Shown piece by piece: positions 6,963 through 12,183 of a stretch of DNA of 12,183 bases. Source of the stretch: Chlamydiae bacterium RIFCSPHIGHO2_12_FULL_49_11. Lineage in GTDB: Bacteria; Chlamydiota; Chlamydiia; Chlamydiales; 2-12-FULL-49-11. Positions within the stretch are counted from its first letter, which is position 1. Every line of letters begins with the position of its first letter. The stretch is taken from assembly GCA_001794905.1 (NCBI GenBank), contig MGLW01000019.1:17122-29304 (forward strand), given 5' to 3'. The notes beneath the pieces were generated by a model. The model did not search any database. It was given only the letters and a program-made list of their open reading frames with translations, and was not told the DNA's origin. The translations under genes were made by a program, and so were the position numbers.

Positions 6963-9670
6963 TATGAAGTTACGGCCGCAGGGCCTTGGCCGCCGAGTTT
7001 GCGACGCTTTTTCTCCACGGCGGGAGGCAGAGGCGGAGGAGTTTTTTGTTTTTCCCCTTCGAACGCGTCGAGCTTGGCTTGCTTATCAGTATCGGACCAT
7101 TTCCCTTCCATGATTTTTTCGAGGTCTTCCACCTCGAGCGTTTCAAATTTGAGAAGGGCCTCTGCCATGGTCTGCATCTTGTCTTTGTGGGCGTTCAAGA
7201 TTTCTTTACACTTGTGGTATGCCTCATCGATGAATTTTTTCACCTCTTCATCGATCTGCTTGGCCGTCTCGTCGGAATACTCGCGCTCATGGAATCCGGC
7301 CATGAGGCTCCCGTCTCCCTGATCGGCATAATTGACCATGCCGAGTTTATCACTCATCCCCCATTCGCACACCATCGAGCGTGCGAGGGCCGTGGCTTGT
7401 TTAATATCGCCGGCTGCGCCGTTCGTGTAATCGCCGTGGACCATTTCCTCGCCGACACGTCCGCCCATCATGATGATGAGCTTGTCGAGAAGCTCATGCT
7501 TCCGGTAGCCGACGCGGTTTTTCTTGGGTGCAAAATGCGTCGCGCCGAGCGACTGGCCGCGCGGAATGATCGTCACCTTCTGGATCGGATCGCTGGAATG
7601 GAGCACGAGCATGGCGATCGCATGGCCCGACTCATGCCAGGCGGTATTGCGAAGGTCTTCCTCTTCCATCTTGAGGCTTTTACGCTCTTTGCCGTATTGC
7701 ACCTTGTCCTGTGCATACCGCATATCGTCTTGCGTTACAGAGCGGCGGCGTTTGCGGGCTGCATAAAGAGCCGCCTCGTTGATGATCGCTTCGAGTTCCG
7801 CTCCCGCCATCCCTTGGGTACGAAGTGCAATTTCCTTCAAATCGACATCTTCGCCCATTTTTACTTTGCGTGCATGCACTTTCAAAATAGCAAGCCGGCC
7901 GCTATAATCGGGAACATTCACTATCACGCTCCGATCGAAACGGCCGGGGCGGAGAAGCGCCCGGTCGAGCACATCGGCACGGTTGGTGGCAGCAATCAGA
8001 ATCACTCCCTCTTTCGAATCCATGCCGTCGATTTCAACGAGAAGCTGATTGAGGGTTTGCTCACGCTCGTCATGTCCGCCGCCGAGCCCTGAACCCCGAT
8101 GACGGCCGACGGCGTCGATCTCATCAATAAAAATGATGCAAGGTGAGCTTTTGCGCGCCTGGTCAAAAAGGTCGCGAACCCGCGAAGCACCAACGCCGAC
8201 AAACATTTCGACGAAGTCAGAACCTGAAATGGAAAAGAACGGCACTCCCGCTTCCCCTGCCACCGCTTTGGCAATCAAAGTTTTTCCCGTTCCCGGGGGG
8301 CCGATGAGGAGAACCCCTTTCGGAATACGAGCCCCAAGCTGGGTAAACCGGGTCGGATCTTTTAAAAAGTCGACGATTTCTTCCAGTTCCTCTTTGGCCT
8401 CTTCCACTCCTGCAACGTCATCAAAGGTGACTTTCTGGGTGCTCTTATTCAATTGTTTGGCCGGCGATTTGCCGAAACTCATCGCATTCGAACCCATCCC
8501 CTTCATCTGACGGGAAAAGACGAAATATAAAAGGAGACCGATGAAAATGATGGGAAGAAAAGTGAAAAAGTAGCTAAGGTAGTTGGGACTTGGTTCTTCG
8601 CTTTTAAACCGTTTGTCCAAAACCGAGTTGCGGGGCTGATCGGGAGCCTTGAATGCAAGACCTTGGTTTTGCGCAAAACTCGTCCATTCCTTTTCGGCAC
8701 CCAAAAACCACTGGTGGTATTCTTCGGGGCTCTTTTTTTCGAGGACGCGCGTGCTGATTTCCTGGTTGTTGAAAAACCAGACGGCATTTTGCACTTTGGA
8801 CCGCGCCTTTTCAATCTGCATGGCATTTTTCCCGAGCTCTTCGCGGGTCGTTTCATACTCGAGCAGATATTCGGCATAGTTTCTGGTTGACCGAAGATCG
8901 GCAAAACGAACTCCGTCCTGTATTTCAGGAAGTTCTGCCTGCACGGTGAGCAATATATTGTACACGTTGTCCAGCATGCCGCGTTTTTCCTCGATCGGCA
9001 CGGTCGAGGAGCGGGAAAGCACCTCTTCGGCATTGCGGAGTTTTTGCTTGATCGCTTCCTTGCCGATCCCCAATTTGGGTGAACGGAAATTGCCGGTCAG
9101 CGAAAGGAGCTGATTTTGGTAGGTGAGAAGTTCGCTAGACGTGAGCGATTTAGCTTCCTGGTATTTCTTCAGGTCGGAAAGGGTCGGACCCTCATTGGCT
9201 CCGCTAGCCGGATAGAGGATGATCGGCTCATCTACCCCCTTCACTACAAAGATACCGCCGGAAGGGATCGGAAGGCCGGTAATGGCATAAAAATACCGAA
9301 CAGACTCGATCACATGTTCTCTCAATTCTTTGAGTTCGGAAGTGAGTTCGGTTTGACGGAGGGTGAGTATATGATTTTGATCTAATAAATATAAATACCG
9401 AAACCTGTCTTTGGCCGTTTCCGTCAGCTCGTCCTTGAATGCTCCGGTGAACGTCACAAGATTGTCATTGAGGGCGATCTTTTTGCTTTCGTTGTGGTCG
9501 AGGAGATCCAGGTTGACAAGATGCTCTGCCTGATGGCTGTAAGAAACCGTCGCCGTATTATGGGAAGAGAAGTTCTGGAACGCGATCAATAATATCACGC
9601 CTACAATAAAAATCAGCAGAAATCCGGGGAACCCTTTACGGTCCCCTCCTTTTTTCGGGTCTTTATCCAT
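6962..9670 (-). CDS. ftsH: ATP-dependent zinc metalloprotease FtsH, long chlamydial type (902 aa)
   Basis: Two TM helices, Walker A GPPGTGKT, pore loop FVGVG, Walker [22 protein letters not shown] and zinc motif HESGH. Downstream of tilS. Confidence 0.98.
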   Translation of the reverse strand: MDKDPKKGGDRKGFPGFLLIFIVGVILLIAFQNFSSHNTATVSYSHQAEHLVNLDLLDHNESKKIALNDNLVTFTGAFKDELTETAKDRFRYLYLLDQNHILTLRQTELTSELKELREHVIESVRYFYAITGLPIPSGGIFVVKGVDEPIILYPASGANEGPTLSDLKKYQEAKSLTSSELLTYQNQLLSLTGNFRSPKLGIGKEAIKQKLRNAEEVLSRSSTVPIEEKRGMLDNVYNILLTVQAELPEIQDGVRFADLRSTRNYAEYLLEYETTREELGKNAMQIEKARSKVQNAVWFFNNQEISTRVLEKKSPEEYHQWFLGAEKEWTSFAQNQGLAFKAPDQPRNSVLDKRFKSEEPSPNYLSYFFTFLPIIFIGLLLYFVFSRQMKGMGSNAMSFGKSPAKQLNKSTQKVTFDDVAGVEEAKEELEEIVDFLKDPTRFTQLGARIPKGVLLIGPPGTGKTLIAKAVAGEAGVPFFSISGSDFVEMFVGVGASRVRDLFDQARKSSPCIIFIDEIDAVGRHRGSGLGGGHDEREQTLNQLLVEIDGMDSKEGVILIAATNRADVLDRALLRPGRFDRSVIVNVPDYSGRLAILKVHARKVKMGEDVDLKEIALRTQGMAGAELEAIINEAALYAARKRRRSVTQDDMRYAQDKVQYGKERKSLKMEEEDLRNTAWHESGHAIAMLVLHSSDPIQKVTIIPRGQSLGATHFAPKKNRVGYRKHELLDKLIIMMGGRVGEEMVHGDYTNGAAGDIKQATALARSMVCEWGMSDKLGMVNYADQGDGSLMAGFHEREYSDETAKQIDEEVKKFIDEAYHKCKEILNAHKDKMQTMAEALLKFETLEVEDLEKIMEGKWSDTDKQAKLDAFEGEKQKTPPPLPPAVEKKRRKLGGQGPAAVTS

Positions 9671-9727
9671 AATCCCACTCTATCTCACAAGTCCAAATGA
9701 GGTGCAAGCAAAAAATATTCCGACCGG

Positions 9728-9757
9728 ATTATACATGATATTAACCGATTAGGTCAA
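9728..9757 (-). promoter_or_regulatory. Near-consensus sigma70/sigma66 promoter for ftsH
   Basis: Minus strand reads TTGACC (9757-9752, within the last tilS codons), an 18-nt spacer, then TATAAT (9733-9728). Confidence 0.7.
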
Positions 9758-10855
9758 ATAATCCCGCAGCGCCACCTCTTTTTCTTTATCGAGCTCCACT
9801 CCGACAACCTTGCGGAAAAATTTCGGAACGCCGTGGATTCGGTAGTGCTCAGCCAGCGTCTTTCCCGAAATATGGCGTGTAGAGAGGGGGACCGGCGGAA
9901 AGGAGGGGCCCAAAAGGGTTCTCTCGGGTGAAAAAAATTTTTGCCATCCGCCGTCGCCGCCCACAAACGGCCCCTCCCTGAGATCGAGAAAGAAGAAATG
10001 CCCCCGTTCGATACAGGCTTTCCACCCCTTCGTTTGTACAAGGGCACCTTTCTGCAACGCATCCCATTGGATTTCAGCGATGACAAGTTTACGGCCATTC
10101 ACTAGGAAGCGGACCGCCTCTTCGAAAAGGAAGGGGTGCGCTTTTTCTGCGTCAAACCATGCAAACCCATACCGATTCTCCAGGATCGGGAAAGCGGAAA
10201 TTTGGTCCCGAATAAACTCCTCAAAACGGGCTGCTCTTCGAGACAAGCGCAAGAGAGGTTCCATCGGATTTTTCCCGAACGCGGTTTCAAGAAAAGGTAT
10301 GATCTCACACCTCATGCGAGAGCGCAGGTTGCCTCCTTCCGCATTCGTCCTGTCTTCAAAAAAAAAGGTGCCGGCTTTCTTATGGTATTCATAAATTTCT
10401 TTTTTTGAAGTATGCAAAAGGGGGCGCGCCTCCCTTTCCGTCAATTCCTTCATGCCGGAAAACTTTGTCCACCCCGCTCCTTCGAGTACCCGTTTTAACA
10501 CCGTCTCGGCTTGGTCTTCCCGTTGATGACCCAGGAGGACCAGGTCAAACTTTTCTCTCACACATATCTCATAAAAAATGCGCCTTCTTGCCTTTCTCAG
10601 TCCGTTTTCATCATGAATACCAAAAATGCGCTCGATCCAAGCGGGGATGCCCTTCTCTTCGCATAGTTTCCGAACATACTCTTCTTCCGCGGGGCTTTCT
10701 TCACGGATTCCATGATTGATGTGACATACGGCAAAGGGAAGTTCAAGCTCAAAGAGAAGATAAAAGAGGGCCATCGAATCAGGCCCTCCCGAAAGGGCAA
10801 GGAGGAGCCTTTTTCCGGCCCCTTGTTTCAGCAAAAAATTCTTGGCATCATTCAT
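9749..10855 (-). CDS. tilS: tRNA(Ile)-lysidine synthetase
   Basis: PP-loop ALSGGPDSMAL, HINHGIR, GHQREDQAETVL, RPLL and EDxTN...R..MR. Standard tilS-ftsH context. Confidence 0.95.
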   Translation of the reverse strand: MNDAKNFLLKQGAGKRLLLALSGGPDSMALFYLLFELELPFAVCHINHGIREESPAEEEYVRKLCEEKGIPAWIERIFGIHDENGLRKARRRIFYEICVREKFDLVLLGHQREDQAETVLKRVLEGAGWTKFSGMKELTEREARPLLHTSKKEIYEYHKKAGTFFFEDRTNAEGGNLRSRMRCEIIPFLETAFGKNPMEPLLRLSRRAARFEEFIRDQISAFPILENRYGFAWFDAEKAHPFLFEEAVRFLVNGRKLVIAEIQWDALQKGALVQTKGWKACIERGHFFFLDLREGPFVGGDGGWQKFFSPERTLLGPSFPPVPLSTRHISGKTLAEHYRIHGVPKFFRKVVGVELDKEKEVALRDYLT

Positions 10856-10890
10856 GCCACCATCATATCATGGTGCCACGATGCCGTCAG
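10842..10890. promoter_or_regulatory. Candidate bidirectional promoter between divergent tilS and lptF
   Basis: Plus strand: TTGGCA (10842-10847), N18, TATCAT (10866-10871). Minus strand: CTGACG (10890-10885), N17, TATGAT (10867-10862) with an extended -10 TG. Confidence 0.5.
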
Positions 10891-11939
10891 CACTTTACTT
10901 TTACCTCTTAAAACGATTTTTTCTTTCCCTCTTCTTTTGCATTTCCGGTTTTGTGAGTTTTGCCGTTCTGATCCAACTCAACAAAGTTTCCCATTTTGCC
11001 ACCTACGGCCTTTCTCTCAAAGCCATGCTGTCTTTACTGGCTCTGCAGGTTCCGGTGATCCTGCCTCATATCATTGCTTTTTCCGGCTTCATCTCTACCC
11101 TCTTTACCACCTATACCCTCGTTAAAGGCAGTGAAATCACGGCGATGCGGTCGGTCGGCTTTTCCATGAAACAGCTTTCCCATCCGGTCCTCCTTCTTGC
11201 CGCCATGACAAGCCTTTTCACCTTTTTCTTCGCCAGTGAAATCATTCCCCTCTTCAAACTGATGACCTTTGAAGTCGTCACTTCCAAAGCATCCAAACCG
11301 TTTGTGATGATCAAACATGCTCTCAGCGACAAATTTTCCGACCGCCTCTTCTCTCAAATCAAACTCTCCAAGAAAGGGAAAAACATCGATCAGGCCATTT
11401 TTGTCTTCAACGACCCGATTCTGGGAAGCTTAAAATATCTGAAGATGGAACATGTGCACATCCGGGGAGGAGACCTTGTGATCGACACGCTCGTTTCGGA
11501 ACAGCGAAAGGAGACGACCAGCGGACCGGTCCTCATCCGGGAAACGGAAAAAGGGGTGACGGTCCCCCTCTACGCCTCTCTTCAGCTTTTTCAGAACTAT
11601 GTTCCGATTAACTATTACTCGACCTATCCACTGAAAGGACTTCTTTACCGAATGAACAAACATCAGCTCCTGGAACTTCTCTCCCGCATCGCCATTTCTC
11701 TCAATGTCTTTTTCCAGATGATGCTAGGCACGGCCTTCGGCTTTTTTTTCTTCTCCCATTTGTATCGGAAGTGGGCTCTTGTAGTGCTGATCGGGTCCCT
11801 TGCCAATTTTATCGCCTACTTTGCCGGAAAATCGATCGGATCGGTTGTCTTGACTCCCCTTCTGTTTTGGACAACCGCTCTCTTCAGCGTATTTCTCCTT
11901 GTCCGGAGCGGTAAACTATCCGAGAGGGGGATGCCGTGA
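10881..11939 (+). CDS. lptF: LptF/LptG (YjgP/YjgQ) family LPS export permease, LptF-like
   Basis: Three N-terminal TM segments, the family motif SEITAMRSVGFS, a soluble beta-rich middle region and three C-terminal TM segments. Start set at ATG 10881 (MPSALYFYLLKRF); the track's TTG 10842 overlaps tilS. The F versus G label rests on gene order only. Confidence 0.85.
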   Translation: MPSALYFYLLKRFFLSLFFCISGFVSFAVLIQLNKVSHFATYGLSLKAMLSLLALQVPVILPHIIAFSGFISTLFTTYTLVKGSEITAMRSVGFSMKQLSHPVLLLAAMTSLFTFFFASEIIPLFKLMTFEVVTSKASKPFVMIKHALSDKFSDRLFSQIKLSKKGKNIDQAIFVFNDPILGSLKYLKMEHVHIRGGDLVIDTLVSEQRKETTSGPVLIRETEKGVTVPLYASLQLFQNYVPINYYSTYPLKGLLYRMNKHQLLELLSRIAISLNVFFQMMLGTAFGFFFFSHLYRKWALVVLIGSLANFIAYFAGKSIGSVVLTPLLFWTTALFSVFLLVRSGKLSERGMP

Positions 11940-12183
11940 AAATGCTTCTTTACATCACACAAAGGCTATTTGTTTACTTTGTCGCCTCTTTTGCCTTTCT
12001 TTCCACTTTTTATCTCATCCTCGACACGGCCCTCAACACCAAAAATTCCCTCTTTTCCCGCTGGAATGTTTTCATCCACGAAATGATCTACCGCAGCCCC
12101 TTGATTCTCATTCTGAGTTTCACTTTTTCGACGGCATATCTGATGTACTGCCTCAAACGAGAGCGGCAAATTGCCACCCTCTT
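11936..12183 (+). CDS. lptG: LptF/LptG family permease, LptG-like (5' part; runs off the right edge)
   Basis: Not in the ORF track; translated by hand from GTG 11936 (GTGA overlap, GAGAGGGGG upstream): MKMLLYITQRLFVYFVASFAFLSTFYLILD...SPLILILSFTFSTAYLMYCLKRERQIATL. Open to the edge and parallels the N-terminus of the upstream paralog. Confidence 0.78.
   Translation, partial: MKMLLYITQRLFVYFVASFAFLSTFYLILDTALNTKNSLFSRWNVFIHEMIYRSPLILILSFTFSTAYLMYCLKRERQIATL

Noticed and set aside
6965-7050. FtsH tail TPPPLPP and NLS-like KKRRK
   Set aside because: Low-complexity tails are common on FtsH, and a membrane protease is not a plausible nuclear effector.
6936-8510. Plus-strand ORFs (128, 368 and 125 aa) opposite ftsH
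   Set aside because: Antisense shadows of the AAA and protease domains.
9671-9710. Possible CIRCE (HrcA) operator upstream of ftsH
   Set aside because: TTGCACCTC and GAGTG fragments do not fit TTAGCACTC-N9-GAGTGCTAA in sequence or spacing.
10358-10366. A9 homopolymer in tilS (also T8 tracts near 1143 and 11802)
   Set aside because: Frames are intact and encode Phe or Lys runs; there is no sign of phase variation.
11966-12169. 67-aa minus-strand ORF
   Set aside because: Antisense to the lptG-like frame.

Overview
Chlamydiae-like chromosomal region (inferred from gene order and protein features; probably an environmental chlamydia), mostly housekeeping genes. Left to right: prfA (5' part, -), type B L31 (-), a small conserved chlamydial hypothetical (-), tadA (-), rpsO and pnp (+), a 2.8 kb accessory block, long chlamydial-type ftsH (-), tilS (-), then lptF and a partial lptG (+). 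As I recall it, the order lptG-lptF-tilS-ftsH-pnp-rpsO-tadA-hypothetical matches C. trachomatis CT838-CT845. The accessory block between convergent pnp and ftsH is the unusual part. It holds a 122-aa orphan coupled to pnp and two tandem, diverged, paralogous protein-kinase-fold genes with non-canonical motifs: WGDLHxxN, DLD/DFD, Gly at the apparent alphaC-Glu position, and no APE Glu. They have their own near-consensus promoter and may be secreted effectors or a kinase/pseudokinase pair. A compact bidirectional, apparently leaderless promoter between tilS and lptF is also notable. No RNA genes, CRISPR arrays or mobile elements were seen.
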